DNA of 63,892 nt, counting the filler, from Octopus bimaculoides (lineage: Eukaryota), in assembly GCF_001194135.2 (NCBI RefSeq). It is 8 parts of 7 records of this genome, joined end to end, with 100 filler letters (N's around TTAATTAATTAA, not from the genome) between each part and the next. Parts side by side here need not be neighbours in the genome. Positions count along the whole stretch, not along the records: positions 18,652 to 32,490 come from NC_068994.1; positions 32,591 to 36,181 come from NC_068982.1; positions 36,282 to 46,640 come from NC_068981.1; 5 more parts are not named here. One strand, given 5' to 3'. Numbering within the stretch: the first letter of the stretch is position 1; each line of letters starts with the position of its first letter. Position numbers and translations under genes: made by a program. The notes below the pieces were generated by a model. It had not been told where the DNA came from. It made no database searches and saw only the letters and a list, made by a program, of their open reading frames with translations. Positions 26,219 to 41,348 of this stretch are shown in pieces.

Positions 26219-27613
26219 GGGGATTATAACCAACAGATACATTACAAATATCCTTTGTATCAACTGGTACGTTGTCGAGATGAATCAGAAAGCCATTTAT
26301 TAAGTTTTCCTCATGATTTCGGACGAATGCTTTTCCTTAAATTGTGAATTGCTGTTATATAACATTGTCCAGTCATAGTTTCACCTCTACTGATATGGTC
26401 AAAAGAATCGAGGTATGTAGGACCTTTAGGCGGTGAATGCTTTGCCATCTTTGACCTAGTTTTGGGCCGACTTCGTCCTTCATTCTTTCGGGGGTCAAAT
26501 AAAATGTTCCAATTCGGAACGGTTATCGAGACTGTTAGAATGACGGTCCAGATATCTATAAGCTTTTGTTTCGGCCCTTTGCATCTTGAGTTCAAATCCC
26601 GCTGTGTCTGTTTGTGTGTAAACGGTCCCCCTTCCTCGGTCTAACACCACGTCCTAGGACCTTGGGTACGATTAGCGGAATCCACTGTGTTGGAAGCGTT
26701 CGAACCAGGCCTCCTGTTTCGAGACTACTTCTTCACACGCTCCTACCAGCCTCAGAGGCTCTGTAAAAGGTCAAGGGTACTGGCTTCCTTCCTGGCTAAA
26801 ACATAAAATTATAATTACATGTGTCTTGATATAAACTGTCTTTGTCATTATTGGTTTAACGGACGGCGTAGCTCCTCTAACTCACCATTCCATAAGATAT
26901 TGTTTGTATGTTGCATCACACCTATAAAGCAACATCTCATTGCTTGGCAACATTTCTTGAGAATCACTGAAAAACATGAGCGAAAGTTTGTTTTTCTTTT
27001 CCGATGAACACTTGACAAATGACAGAAAATCCGTTACATCTAAACTTACACATTACCAAATAATTACAAAATATTTATTGAAAAGACCCTTTGCTCATGT
27101 TCGACTCAAACACAAAATTTCTTTTTCTGAGTCCGCTTGCATAGACTGATCACCGACACAATGCTATTCATATTTGTTGATGTTTGAGAGATATTCGCTA
27201 CAATATTAACACGGTGGTTTCCAATCTTCTCTAAAACGTTTCTTTCATTCCTGTATAGATTTTTGTGCTATTTACTTCACTGCCATAAACTTTCTTTAAA
27301 TCATAAAATTGATTCATCGCTTGACTTATCATGTATCGTTTATCATATTTTTGCCTGCGAGTAAATGTGTTTGCAGTTTTTCTTTCTGAGACGAGCAGGA
27401 AGACAATAAGTGTAATACGATTATAATTGTAAAATCCCTAAGTTACAGAATTTTTATCATTGTACGCTGAACTCTACAATTATTTTTTAAATATTTTTAC
27501 ATATTGTGCTTAAATTAATGTGTAGTATTTTATTATTTATGACATGAACTTTTGGCAGTACCTTCGTGCATATTTATATATTATTTTGTTATATATGTGT
27601 GTGTATCTGTGTA

Positions 27614-27680
<67 letters not shown>

Positions 27681-27690
27681 ACATACATAT

Positions 27691-27721
<31 letters not shown>

Positions 27722-28376
27722 CAGGTGTTTGTGTGTGTATGTGTATGCATAGCCTGTGTGTGTTTTATTTATGTGTGTGTGCGTATGTGTTTGTATGTGT
27801 ATGCAATTGCGTGTATCTTTTTCAGCGCTTTTACTATAGCGCTTTTACAATAGACTGGACTTGCAAACTGTGATTTTGAAAAAGTATACAATGTCTTCGT
27901 GTTCTAAATGATAAACATTCTGGTAAGAATGTCCTCACCAAATGTTGTGTCTTCATTCGGAAATTCTTTTAAAATTATGACGATGATGATGATGACGATG
28001 ATGATGATGAGGACAACGATGATAATAATTATTATAGTTATAACGATAATGGTGATTATAATAATATTTTATTGTTGTTGAAGATGAAGTTTTAAGTTGC
28101 AATTGTTCTTCTTGATGAGAAAGTGCTGTTCGTTCTATTTATAGCTATTGTTGTTCTTGCTATAGCTGATGTTGTTGTTGTTGTTGTTGTTGTTATTGTT
28201 GATGATGATGATGATGATGATTATGATGATGATGATGTTGATGACGATGATGATGATGATGATGATGATGATGAAGAAGAAGAGGATGATATTGCAAGCA
28301 AGCGCCGCCTTCAAATTCACTCCTTACCGTGACCATATCAAATATCAACGTCCAAAATCTGTCGAGTTTCATGTAC

Positions 28377-28431
<55 letters not shown>

Positions 28432-28452
28432 CATGTATGAACNNNNNNNNNN

Positions 28453-28517
<65 letters not shown>

Positions 28518-28677
28518 CATGTATGAACATACATACATGCATACATGCATACATACATATATGTGTGTGTGTTTATGTGCGTTTATTTCTGTATATGAGT
28601 ATAGATATATATCCATATCTATATCTACCTCTATGTGTTATTTATCTATGTATGCATGTATGAATGTATATACACGC

Positions 28678-28744
<67 letters not shown>

Positions 28745-31196
28745 CATACACGCGCGTATAAGTACATAATATATTGTACATACACAATGTCCTTCTTTGC
28801 ATTTATTCAATGTGTAATGAGTGAAATTCTTTAATTAGATCTTAATGACCTTTGCACTTTCGGGACATTCAACTGTCCTGTAAGGGTATTGTTTTCTTTT
28901 TCTTGTTGTTTCTGAATATATTTATTTATCTATTTATTTATGTAAAACCACTCCACTGCAGTGCAGCTCTCAAAGCATTGCACCATGAGCTGACGAGTGA
29001 ATTTCTACGTGGTCACTCGTATAAATAGCAATGATTTTCCCCTCAAATAGCATCGATCTATTTTAATAAATGAAAGGACGTCGTACATAATGTTGCCCCA
29101 GAGGCAGGTGGTGAGGGCGTCCTGTACTAGTTGTCACCCAACTGCGACCCTCGTGGACCTGTAAACTCGAGGGTGGGGGAGCTTTGCTCAACTAAAGTAC
29201 TGCATGAAAAACAAATAAATAAACTATTCTTAAATAACTAGCGAAAGCCCTCATCGGCAAAAAAAGGCACCCAATTAAGGGAATTTATCTAATAAAACAA
29301 TATAATATTCTTGTACCATGGGATGTTATGAATTGTAACGTTTCAAGACAGTGCTCCTCACGAGGATGAGACATATGGTTCTTACAATATATCGTTGAGG
29401 TCGATCCGAGATCTTTGAATAGCATCACTTTGTTCATAGTGTTGCAATCATTGTAAACCATGCTTTCTAACGAACTGAATATGAGTCGCAATATGATTTC
29501 GATTCCATAGCAAGATCCTAGAGAAAAATTAATATCGAATGATATCTAAATTATAAGGACAATATGTTTAATCTTTAACATAGATTATCAATCATATTAA
29601 ACCTTTGTTTTCATGGGTTCTGGATTTGAGGGTGTGGTGGTGAAAAATTCAACATTTTAAGACGATGCCCTTTCATACCCCGAGGAACACATGAACATAA
29701 CAATGTAACAATGTACTTCCTTTACCAATTTGAAGTGTACTCGGGGGCTGAGTCATGACTGTTTTCAGAAATGATGTAAGGCACTGTTTAACTTTCTGAT
29801 AAACAGTAAAATGTTTTCAGTTTCTTTGACAAGCTCTTGAGGAAGCTTTCATATTGAATAAAACTTATATGATATGGGTATCATCCCAATTTTTGAGATA
29901 CGAAATCACGTATATTAGACGTAAGTTCAAATGGACCCAAGCTTTGTGAATGTTAACCTAAAATTCTGATAAACCTGCTACAAAAGGAAAGAAAATATTA
30001 GTCCAAAGTTTAAATTTACAAGTGAGGCCATACCAAAACACCATGTTTTAATTTGAATATTGTCCATGTATTTAGGATAATGAAATCAAGTTTTTATGAC
30101 ATCTGGGGGAACCAATAAACCAGGTTTGAATTTGACTGGCACTGAAGCCTTAAAAAGAATAGATCCCAACCTTTAATACAGGTATCAAACCACAAAACAT
30201 ATAAAATGAGAGATATATCATGTTGTACCATGATAATAGTCACGATCAAACTGGAATACTAAAGATATAAAATGCTAATATGCATAAAATCTAATTATTA
30301 TGCAAATGAGATGAAAATAGTATGCTAATAAGACCAAATACATTAAAGCTTTATACAAGCGAAGCCCATCTTTAATACATGTAAAGTCAAGCTTTCACAT
30401 GTGCTAGGCCCAAGCAATTGTTGATAACACCAAACTTTAGGTCCAATATTTCAGATTCTCAGCTGAATGCAAATGTTGCCAAGCATATAAAACCGTAATG
30501 CATATGAGGCTAAACAAAGTCATAACAAACGTTAAAAGATGGTATATCAACCTTATCAAACCTTAATACATGTGATATAAACTATTTCAACTGTTATAAT
30601 AATAGTAATGTTATCAGATGTAAATGAATGATATCAGTCATATCAAACAATGATGGTGGTATCATTGTATGAAATTTTAATACATACGATATCAACCAAA
30701 TCAAAAGTTAATATATATACATTATCAACAATATCAAATCTTCAGACTTATCATATTGACAATATCACAATGATACATATAATATAATGATAATAATGAT
30801 ACATATAATATAAATGCCATCTCGTATAAACGCGGATGGCATGAATTATGTCAAATATTATCATAAATGATATATCTTAAATAAACTTCATACATATAAC
30901 AGTATATATTACATAGTTAACATATGTAATATGAAACCTACAAGATGTTTGACAGATGACAACTCTATTGAATCAATTTAATCTGATATCAGCTACATGA
31001 TTTCTAAATTGACATTAAACAAATTTAAATGCATTTTAAGGTCAGACGTAGACCTTGGTGTAAATGAGATCAATCCTAAGCTACATATCTTTTTCGTTTT
31101 AGACAAATTAACTTAGAAGAGCAAAATCATAGAACTGACGTGTGAGTTGAGTTCAGGGCTGTTTAATACACTAATAAAATACTTGTCATTTATACA

Positions 31197-31378
31197 GTAA
31201 AATGAGAGAAAGTTGTATTGAAAGAGTACAGCAGGGTTAGCCACCATCCCCTGCCGGAGCCTCATGGAGCTTTAGATGTTTTCGCTCAATAAACACTCAC
31301 AACGCCCGGTCTGGGAATCGAAACCGCGATCCTATGATCGCGAGTCCGCAGCCCTATCCACTAGGCCATTGCGCCTCT
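31197..31378 (-). mobile_element. SINE family B (body B1), 3'-truncated
   Basis: Near identical to 26040-26218. Confidence 0.9.
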
Positions 31379-31724
31379 GCAATACAATAAATGATAATAA
31401 AAAACATTTTCTTGTGACTGTTATGCAGCGCTGAAAAGCCAACAGAAACGTAAATATGAAACATGAGAACAGGAAAATAGAATTGCATGTCGGGTTCCGT
31501 TCTCTGATAGAAACATATCTCATTTGACTTACATCGGTAAGGCATTGTAAAATGCATTCGAATCACAACAATATCACATCATCCGTCTAAATTCGTGAAT
31601 CTACCATTTCGAAAGCCATCTGGCAGGATTAGTAGTATTTCATGATATTTAGATTTAGTTACGTCCATTTCTAATCTCTGATTAAATCCTGCCATGTATA
31701 TATATTTATGCATGTGTATGTATA

Positions 31725-31755
<31 letters not shown>

Positions 31756-32206
31756 NNNNNNNNNNNNNNNNNNNNNNNNNNNNNNNNNNNNNNNNNNNNN
31801 NNNNNNNNNNNNNNNNNNNNNNNNNNNNNNNNNNNNNNNNNNNNNNNNNNNNNNNNNNNNNNNNNNNNNNNNNNNNNNNNNNNNNNNNNNNNNNNNNNNN
31901 NNNNNNNNNNNNNNNNNNNNNNNNNNNNNNNNNNNNNNNNNNNNNNNNNNNNNNNNNNNNNNNNNNNNNNNNNNNNNNNNNNNNNNNNNNNNNNNNNNNN
32001 NNNNNNNNNNNNNNNNNNNNNNNNNNNNNNNNNNNNNNNNNNNNNNNNNNNNNNNNNNNNNNNNNNNNNNNNNNNNNNNNNNNNNNNNNNNNNNNNNNNN
32101 NNNNNNNTATATATATATATGATAGATAGATAGATAAACAGATAGATAGATGAAGAGAGAAATAAATACTTTGACAAGGGCAATAAAATTTGAGCCTTCA
32201 GAATAA

Positions 32207-32252
<46 letters not shown>

Positions 32253-32446
32253 GTATGTATGTATGTATGTGTGTGTGCGTGTATGTGTGTGTGCATGTGT
32301 GTAGACATAGAAATATGTGTATCTACATATACAAAAAGAAAGACCACACACACACGCTCATAATCACATACAGTTGTATACTTACTTACGAAGATATATT
32401 TTGATATATATATATGTATATATACATACATACAGACATATACATT

Positions 32447-32490
<44 letters not shown>

Positions 32491-32534
32491 NNNNNNNNNN
32501 NNNNNNNNNNNNNNNNNNNNNNNNNNNNNNNNNN

Positions 32535-32546
32535 TTAATTAATTAA
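32535..32546. other. Artificial scaffold linker
   Basis: 44N-TTAATTAATTAA-44N. Confidence 0.95.
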
Positions 32547-32677
32547 NNNNNNNNNNNNNNNNNNNNNNNNNNNNNNNNNNNNNNNNNNNNATATATATAT
32601 AAAGAGAGAGAGAGAGAGATACCCGCAAACTTGCATAAATACATATATGTAGGTAGATGGATATGTATGTAGATGTA

Positions 32678-32732
<55 letters not shown>

Positions 32733-33240
32733 AATAGAGAGAGAGAAATAGAGAGAGAGAGAAATAGAGAGAGAGAGAAATAGAGAGAGTGAATGTATAA
32801 CTCCCTCTTTATGCAGGAGATAAAAATTGACTCTCTAGCGTTAGTCACCATAGAAATAACCAGCATAAAAGGACTTAAGACATATTTTCATCTCATTTAC
32901 TTAGAAAGATTCAGATTTACTTTATCTGTGTATAAACAAAGAAACTAATGCCCAGTTTGTTAATCTTCAGGATATTTATTTAAAGGTAGCGCAAAATAGT
33001 CAACAAAAATACGCAATTTCTTAGATATAAATATTCAATTGTCATTATTAAACGCATATATAAAGTGTCGAGTTGGCAGAATCGTTAGCACGCCGGGGCA
33101 AAATGCTTAGCGGCATATTAAGCAATTATATTAATTATAGAATCATAAAGTTATAATGATTAAACTAAATATTCTGTAGGGCTGTAAGCGAGTTTGTATA
33201 TGTACATATGTATTTATCTTTCTATCTATCTATTTGTCTG

Positions 33241-33367
<127 letters not shown>

Positions 33368-33775
33368 TTCTGTCTATCTATATACATATATGAATATGTA
33401 TGTATGCATGTATGTATGTATGGATGGATGGATGGATGAATGGATGGATGGATGGATGGATGGATGGATGGATGGATGGATGGATGAATGCTTTATGCCT
33501 ATATATCTGTGCACACGTTTCAATGCCGTGTATGCCATAACGACTGCAAATCTAACGGAGGCCTCAAGAGACATTTCAAGATACACAAAGATCAGAACTT
33601 AGTCCAAATCGGATATGCAATCGATGTGGATGTCTTTTCAATATATTGCATGGTTTAAAAAGCCACATGAAATGCCATGTTGGATCTAAGGTGTAGGTAC
33701 AGGAGGTGGTCAGACTCTGCATAAGGAATAGACAACCACCATGTATGTATGTATGTATGTATGCATGTAGGAGAG

Positions 33776-34070
33776 AAGGCGCGCAGGTTAATAGCTAGGG
33801 TATTCGACTCACAATCGTATAGTCATTAGCTCGATTCCTGGCAGTGCATTGTGTCCTTGAGCAAGACACTTTATTTCTCATTGCAACAGTCTACTCAGCT
33901 AGCAAAACTGAGTTGTGCCAGTAGTTCAAAGAGCCAGCCTTGTTACATCCTGTGTCACGTTGAGTCTCATTGAGAACTACATTAAGAGTACGCGTGTCCG
34001 TGGAGTGCTCAGCACTTACACGTTAATTTCACGAGCAGACAGCTCTGTTGATCTGAACCGACGGAAAGCT
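33776..34070 (+). mobile_element. SINE family B (body B2, tail i)
   Basis: tRNA-like head, ttgtgtccttgagcaagacactttattt core and tail gagaactacattaagagtacgcgtgtccgtggagtgctcagc. Homologous to 36718-37036 and 52583-52875. Confidence 0.85.
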
Positions 34071-34503
34071 AGATCACACACACACACACGTATAAATATA
34101 TATGTGTGTGTGTGTGTGTATGTATACATATGTGTATGTATATATNNNNNNNNNNTACACACACACACACGCACACACACATACACACACACACATATAT
34201 ATATACACACACATATATAAGAAAATGTATAAATAATGGGCCTTACACATTTATTTATTTGTGCTTCTTAGACTTACACCCGTTTCTGATATACATTTTA
34301 GATTAACAAGCATTCAGTAAAGTTTGCATACTCCACCACTAGGAACCCGACACAAGTAATAGTGTCTCGCAACGCCCGGAGTTTTGGGGAATTCTGACTT
34401 AAAAATACAACAAATCCAGACAGAAATACAAAGTCTAACAACACTAATGATTGGAAGAATAATGATAATGATACTAATATAAAAAATAATTATAATTCCC
34501 TGA

Positions 34504-34613
34504 TGCAATACCAAGCAATGGCTCTCATGGCTTCTAGTCTTAACTGATCGGAAGTGTTAATATGTACTTGTTTTGTTTTGGTGTGAAAGATGGGCTGCAG
34601 CAAATATCTCTGC
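34504..34613 (-). repeat. Unclassified dispersed repeat, copy 2
   Basis: Inverted match to 1989-2095. Confidence 0.7.
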
Positions 34614-34624
34614 GTAACAGCCAG

Positions 34625-34762
34625 GAATTGACGCAACCTAAGGCGCGAAAGTATCAGAGCATGAGCTGGAAGGGTGGCGTCACCACCCACCCAGAGGATT
34701 TTGACCACGCAGTATTAGTTTTGGCGGGAAAAAATAAAGTCGGCTACATTTTGAAAGTGCCT

Positions 34763-34766
<4 letters not shown>
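34625..34766 (-). mobile_element. Probable mariner-type terminal fragment
   Basis: The minus strand begins tgcgaggcactttcaaaatgtagccgactttattttttcccgcc next to (TA)n, resembling tacgagg-type mariner TIRs. Confidence 0.45.
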
Positions 34767-34798
<32 letters not shown>

Positions 34799-36037
34799 NN
34801 NNNNNNNNNNNNNNNNNNNNNNNNNNNNNNNNNNNNNNNNNNNNNNNNNNNNNNNNNNNNNNNNNNNNNNNNNNNNNNNNNNNNNNNNNNNNNNNNNNNN
34901 NNNNNNNNNNNNNNNNNNNNNNNNNNNNNNNNNNNNNNNNNNNNNNNNNNNNNNNNNNNNNNNNNNNNNNNNNNNNNNNNNNNNNNNNNNNNNNNNNNNN
35001 NNNNNNNNNNNNNNNNNNNNNNNNNNNNNNNNNNNNNNNNNNNNNNNNNNNNNNNNNNNNNNNNNNNNNNNNNNNNNNNNNNNNNNNNNNNNNNNNNNNN
35101 NNNNNNNNNNNNNNNNNNNNNNNNNNNNNNNNNNNNNNNNNNNNNNNNNNNNNNNNNNNNNNNNNNNNNNNNNNNNNNNNNNNNNNNNNNNNNNNNNNNN
35201 NNNNNNNNNNNNNNNNNNNNNNNNNNNNNNNNNNNNNNNNNNNNNNNNNNNNNNNNNNNNNNNNNNNNNNNNNNNNNNNNNNNNNNNNNNNNNNNNNNNN
35301 NNNNNNNNNNNNNNNNNNNNNNNNNNNNNNNNNNNNNNNNNNNNNNNNNNNNNNNNNNNNNNNNNNNNNNNNNNNNNNNNNNNNNNNNNNNNNNNNNNNN
35401 NNNNNNNNNNNNNNNNNNNNNNNNNNNNNNNNNNNNNNNNNNNNNNNNNNNNNNNNNNNNNNNNNNNNNNNNNNNNNNNNNNNNNNNAGGTGTGTGAGCG
35501 TATGTGAGGGGCGGGAGCTGCGGTGCTTGCATTTAGGTGGCGGTGAGTTTCGAGGCGTGGGAGGGGGGGAACCGAGCGACTGTGTTGATAGTGGAAACTG
35601 ATGATAAGTGAATGGTGAGACACGGTATTTATTGTGAAACGAAACTGAAGTGAAGTCAATATGTTTGTCACAAACTCTGCTGTTTGAATATGTGTGTGTG
35701 TGTGTGTGTGTGTGTGTACGCGCGTGCGTGTAAATGTGTGCGCGTGTGCATAATAACGTGTGTTGAATGTGTGTAAATATGTGCATTATGAGTACATTAG
35801 TGTCTCCATGCTTTAACGTATAGATACAAATAAATACATGCATATATATGTGGGTGTTCCTGCGTGTGTATATACGTATATATACACACATATACAAATA
35901 TATGTGGGTGTATGTGTGTGTATATATAGTGCATGTGCGTATGTCTGTATTCATCTGTCTATCGATCCATCATTCCACCTATGTGTCTCTCTCCCTCCCT
36001 CTCCTCGTCTCTCCCCCGATATATATATATACATATA

Positions 36038-36080
<43 letters not shown>

Positions 36081-36225
36081 GCGTGCGCACATACATGCAT
36101 ATATACATATACAGATATACATGTAGATACATATATACATGTGCGTGTGTGTGTGTGTGTGCGTGTGTGTGTGTGTGTGTGNNNNNNNNNNNNNNNNNNN
36201 NNNNNNNNNNNNNNNNNNNNNNNNN

Positions 36226-36237
36226 TTAATTAATTAA
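36226..36237. other. Artificial scaffold linker
   Basis: 44N-TTAATTAATTAA-44N. Confidence 0.95.
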
Positions 36238-36281
36238 NNNNNNNNNNNNNNNNNNNNNNNNNNNNNNNNNNNNNNNNNNNN

Positions 36282-36470
36282 ATTTTTGGGGAAGGGGTTC
36301 AGTGGATTAGATCAACCCGGTACGCAACTGGTACTTCATTTATCGACCCCGAAAGGACGAAAGGCAAACTCGACATCGGCGGAAGGCAAACTCGAACTCA
36401 GAACGTAAAGACGGACGAAATACCGCTAAGCATTTCGCCTGGCGTGCTAAAGTTTCTGCCAGCTCACGAA
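36282..36470 (-). mobile_element. SINE family A
   Basis: Consensus match with a small internal duplication (ggcaaactcga x2). Confidence 0.85.
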
Positions 36471-36717
36471 CTTCTTAATATAAGAATTATATTAACTTCA
36501 AACTGTCACTATAAAGGCGTCCAAATGTATTTTCTCATGCGTTGCTTTACGTCAAGTGTCATTTAAAACGAAAACATCGAACCATTATGGGCAATTCTTT
36601 CCTTCGTGCTCTCTCAGTGAAGGGGGGATGGACGAAATTTGTATTGCATCGCAGCCTTATGTACACACATATAAACACACACAAATATTTATTATTTAAT
36701 ATACAATAACTGCCACG

Positions 36718-37036
36718 CCATCGCATACGACAACGAGGGTTCCAGTTGATCTGATCAACGGAACAGTCTGCTCGTGAAATTAACCTGCAAGTGACTGAAT
36801 ACTCCATAGATACGTGTACCCTTAACGTAGTTCTAGGAGAGATTCAGCGTAACGGAGAATGTGACAAGGCCGGCCCTTTGAAATACAGGAACTACTCATT
36901 TTTGACAGCTGAGTGGAGTGGAGCGACATGAAATAAAGTGTCTTGCGCAAGGACACAACGCTTCGTCGAGAATTGAACTCACGATCTTATGATTGTCAAC
37001 CGAATACCCTAACCACTGAGCCACGCGCCTTCACAT
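36718..37036 (-). mobile_element. SINE family B (body B2, tail i)
   Basis: Minus-strand head gtgaaggcgcgtggctcagtggttagggtattcgg, with the same core and tail as 33776 and 52583. Confidence 0.85.
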
Positions 37037-38084
37037 AATCTACAATGTATATAAAATGTACAATAATTATTATATACAATATATGTATAGAGAGAGAGGG
37101 GGAGAGAGAGAAAGGGAGAGAGCGAGTGAAAGTGGGAAAGAATAGAGAGAGAGTGAAACAGCTCAAAAGTAGACACCACTACAAACGAAATCATGATATT
37201 TGATGCAATTAAATACTTAATTTAGTATTTAGTAGACATACCTAGTGCAGTTCCTAATGATTTAACCCGTTTAGGCATCGTACTAATGAGTAGTATCTGC
37301 ACAATTAAAACAGAATAATGAGGGGTGTTTATTTACTTCTGCGATATCTCTGTACATATATGTACGCACACACACTCACACACATATATATGCACAAGCA
37401 TACACACACACGTACATATTTATACATGGATATATTTACTGTGTGTGGCGACTTGTCATATATTCTTCGTTGGTTGTTCACATTGTTAGGTACGTCGCGT
37501 GTGAACTACAATGTCAACACTAAAATTTAATTAAGTTTTCAAATATTTTATTATGCCGTATCGTTTATATTTACAAGTGTACAGCCAATAAATTAATGGA
37601 ACAACGTTCAGCGGACTTAGAAATCTTCTGTAATACAATTTGCTAAGATAACATTATGAAAGTAGTGCAAGTAATTTAAATCACTGCGTTACGCGGCGCT
37701 ACAACATAAGGTTGGTGACTTTTGTTGAGTACGACATAAGCATGTTACATAAGAAAAGTGAAGCAGAGGAAGAGACCTCCTGAATGAGACATCACATAGG
37801 TTGAATTCGCTGATTTTTACAGCTGTAAGCCATTATTCTGGAACCTTCAGAAAAATCTTTGGACGGGAAAGCTCTTAAACTTCCTTTGATGCGTTCGTCA
37901 ATCATAATAAGCCAGCTAGTGCAGACTGTGAGAGCCATATTCACATAGGCGTCAATATATTTTATAATAGCACTTTTCTTTTTATGGAGATAACTTAAGT
38001 CATAGTTCTGGACTACACCTATGGTTTAACACTCAACAGAATCCTTTCTGCCTTTCTACACAAACAAGCACACATACACACACT

Positions 38085-38115
<31 letters not shown>

Positions 38116-38164
38116 GTGTATGTGTATGTATGTGCGTGCGTTGATTCCAAATTTTAACAAAGGG

Positions 38165-38567
38165 CTAGCAAGTTGGGGTTAGCGGGTAAGTCGATTGCAT
38201 CGAACCCAGTATTCAAATGCTACTTATTTTATCGAATCCGAATGGATGAAACACACCTCGGTTAAAGCTGAACTCATAACGTTAAGATGGAAAAAATATC
38301 ACTAAGCATTTCGCTCGGCATGCTAACGTTTCTTATTTCTTTATTGCCCACAAGGGGCTAAACATAGAGGGGACAAACAAAGACAGACAAAGGTATTAAG
38401 TCGATTACATTGACCCCAGTGCGTAACTGGTACTTAATTTATCGACTCCGAAAGGATGAAAGGTAAAGTCGACCTCGGCGGAATTTGAACTCAGAACGTA
38501 GTGGCAGACGAAATACCGCTAAGCATTTCGCCCGGCGTGCTAACAATTCTGCCAGCACGCTGCCTTT
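38165..38567 (-). mobile_element. Nested/tandem pair of family A SINEs; the younger copy has a Tx1-like tail
   Basis: The younger copy at 38329-38567 ends ...ccctctatgtttagccccttgtgggcaataaagaaataagaaa and joins cgttagcatgcc of an older copy at 38165-38328. Confidence 0.85.
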
Positions 38568-38635
38568 GTATTTATTAAATGTGTGTAAGTGTCCGAGTAT
38601 GTGCGTGTCAGTATGTTCATGAATGTGTGTATGTA

Positions 38636-38667
<32 letters not shown>

Positions 38668-39514
38668 TGTATGTGTGTGTATGTGTCTGTGTGTGAATGC
38701 GCGTGTGTGTCTGTGTGTGTGGGCATGTATGCATAACTTGTCTGGCTTAATCGACCAATCCTTTTCCAACATAAAATGATGTTGCCAAGTGAAAAAAAAA
38801 AATCAATTCATGTCGAAGATTAATTTTTGTAACCAAACTACAATGACAGCTTTATCTAAAACCATCCAGACTTGCAATACACACGAATACGTTAACTTAA
38901 GCACACATCTATGCACGCATCCATACTCACATCCATGCTGAGTTGGATACACTAACTCACAAGTATAATGACATTAAGCAATTAAAATAAAACGTATTTA
39001 TAATAAAACATGAAGAACAGTGACAGAATTATTTTTAGCGTTATAAAAATTCTTCTTCCACATTGTTCAACCCTGTAAATCATGCTGAGTTATATGTCAA
39101 GAACAAAATATTAAAGAACGTGAGGTCAAAATATTTAGGATTGTAGGTTGTCAAAATCTTTCAAATTTAAAGTTTGATGTCTGCTGTTGTATTCTAAAAA
39201 TAAAATTTTTAATTCTTACCTTTTTAAAGATTTTGTTCTTTAATAAGCTTTCCTGTCGCCAATTGACAAATGTTTCACTTAAATATTTCTTATACCCTTA
39301 TTCATCAGACGTTTGTCAGTCATTGCGATTTTATAAATTTTGATATGCGATGACCTGATGTGTGATGGTTCTATGTATTGAAGGATATGTAATGGTTCAA
39401 CATGTAATATCCAGTCATTAGTTGGATATTTAATAGATAGATTCTTTAACTCATTTATTACTTTTTGTTTCAATTAATTTTGAAAATAATGAAGAATATA
39501 CATATTCTTTTTTA

Positions 39515-39770
39515 CTCTAGGTACACGGCCCGAAATTTTGGGAGAGGGGATCAGTCGATTAGATTGACCCCAGCATGCAACTGGTAGTTAATTCATCGAC
39601 CCCGAAAGGATGAAAGGCAAAGTCGACCTCGGCGGAATTTGAACTCAGTACGTAACGGCAGACGAAATACCGCTAAGCATTTTCTACTCTAGGCACAAGG
39701 TCCGAAATTTGGGGGGAGGGGGCCAGTCGAGTAGATCGATCCAGTACGCAACTGCTACTTACGCCTTGAA
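39515..39770 (-). mobile_element. Two nested family A SINE pieces
   Basis: Two ctactctagg(t/c)ac tails. The second 3' fragment abuts the head region of the first. Confidence 0.85.
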
Positions 39771-39848
39771 AAATATATATATTACAATAACTTTTGTCGT
39801 TATTAAGCTAGTTATTTTAATACAAATTAACATGGATAGAAATTAACG

Positions 39849-40085
39849 GGTGCAGGCGTGGCTGTGTTGCTTATTAACCACATGGTTCCGGGTTCAGTGG
39901 CACCATGGGCATGCATCTTGTACTATAGCCTCGAGCCGACCAAAGCCTTGTGGGTGGATTTGGTAGACTTATTTTTCTTTTTAAGCCTTCTATAAGTTTC
40001 TTTTGGCAAACCGCTAGGTTACGGGGACATAAACACATCGGTTATCAAGCAGTAATGGGGGCACAAACACAGATACATACACACT

Positions 40086-40119
<34 letters not shown>

Positions 40120-40280
40120 ATAATATATGTAAGTTGAGCAAGCAACTTCTGCTATAACCTCGGGTCGACCAAATCCTCTCACAAGTACTATTCTTAAAAA
40201 GAAAAAGAAGTCCTGAGGTCGATTTCTTTGACTAAACCCTTCAAGGCAGTACTCCAGCATGACTGCAATCAAATGTCTAT
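39849..40280. mobile_element. Family C SINE fragments (composite)
   Basis: Head ccacatggttccgggttcag and tail aaggcagtactccagcatgactgc match 4890-5260. Confidence 0.6.
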
Positions 40281-41284
40281 AAAAAATAAAACAAGGGAAT
40301 TTTGCTGGTAGATTTTAATTTCGATCCCTTTAAAACAGAATTTGTATCAATAACTAGAAGTGGTCTCAAATAGGTTGTTATCCGAAAAAGGGTTAATGAA
40401 TGGGTGTATTATGCTTGATAGCTAATGATCATATATATTCTCGAATATGTAATACACCACATTTCTCCGAAAAAATTACGCAGAAAAGAAGCCTCATCAT
40501 TTCTAGTGAAGAACTAATTAACTCTATGGAGGCTACTTCTGAGCACTGATCTTTTGAATTAGTGAGATTTTCTGCGATTTCCTCAAAACTTTTGGCAGTT
40601 TTTCAGTGGAGCATTTATTCCTGTGTGGATTAGATAAATTTTCATATTAACACTAGTAGTACTGTATGAGCTCTGAGCAAGAAACAAATAGAGAATAAAG
40701 ATAGCTCTGTGGATAATGTATTTGACAGGCGATTTGAGGGTGATGTTTTCAAAAGACTTACTGCCATTTCGAAACATTTTTGGCTGACTGAATTTATTCT
40801 ACAGATTTCATTTCATTTATCTGTCTACAATAAGAATGAACGTTTCTTGTAAATTCTCCTAGAATAAAGTAGCACTCTGTCTAATGAGGGATTTATTTCT
40901 CATCTGCTTAAAACTACAGAAATGGAAGTTAAGTAGTGACGCTATGAAATCCGTGGTTTGCCGAATTTCTGGTGTTTGAACTTATATGTACCCAAGGGAA
41001 GAAGAAAATTTCTCTATAAGGGCTAAAATGATGAGATGTAAGGCAGGTGAGTGGAGAGCTGTAATTAATAAGGTAATAATAACGACTTGAGAAGTTCACC
41101 ATACCATTAACTATGTTGAAGAGGTTTTCCATTTTCGTTGGAACGCTAGAAGAGCATTGCTCAAGTAGCCGTAACATTGAAGGAACATTTTCAAACTAGT
41201 GAGGAGTTGTGTATAAATTCCACTTTTATTAGCAACCAAAATTTTCAGTGAGAACTTGACTTATACATCATTATTATTCGTATT

Positions 41285-41337
<53 letters not shown>

Positions 41338-41348
41338 TATTATTATTA

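Noticed and set aside
30171-30700. Recurrent (c/t)ttaatacat motif at ~30171, 30370, 30561 and 30675
   Set aside because: A short AT-rich word with irregular spacing in a very AT-rich region. I could not align the intervening sequence.
37780-38000. Faint resemblance to a mariner C-terminus (..SLDGKAL..)
   Set aside because: Too degenerate to support by eye.
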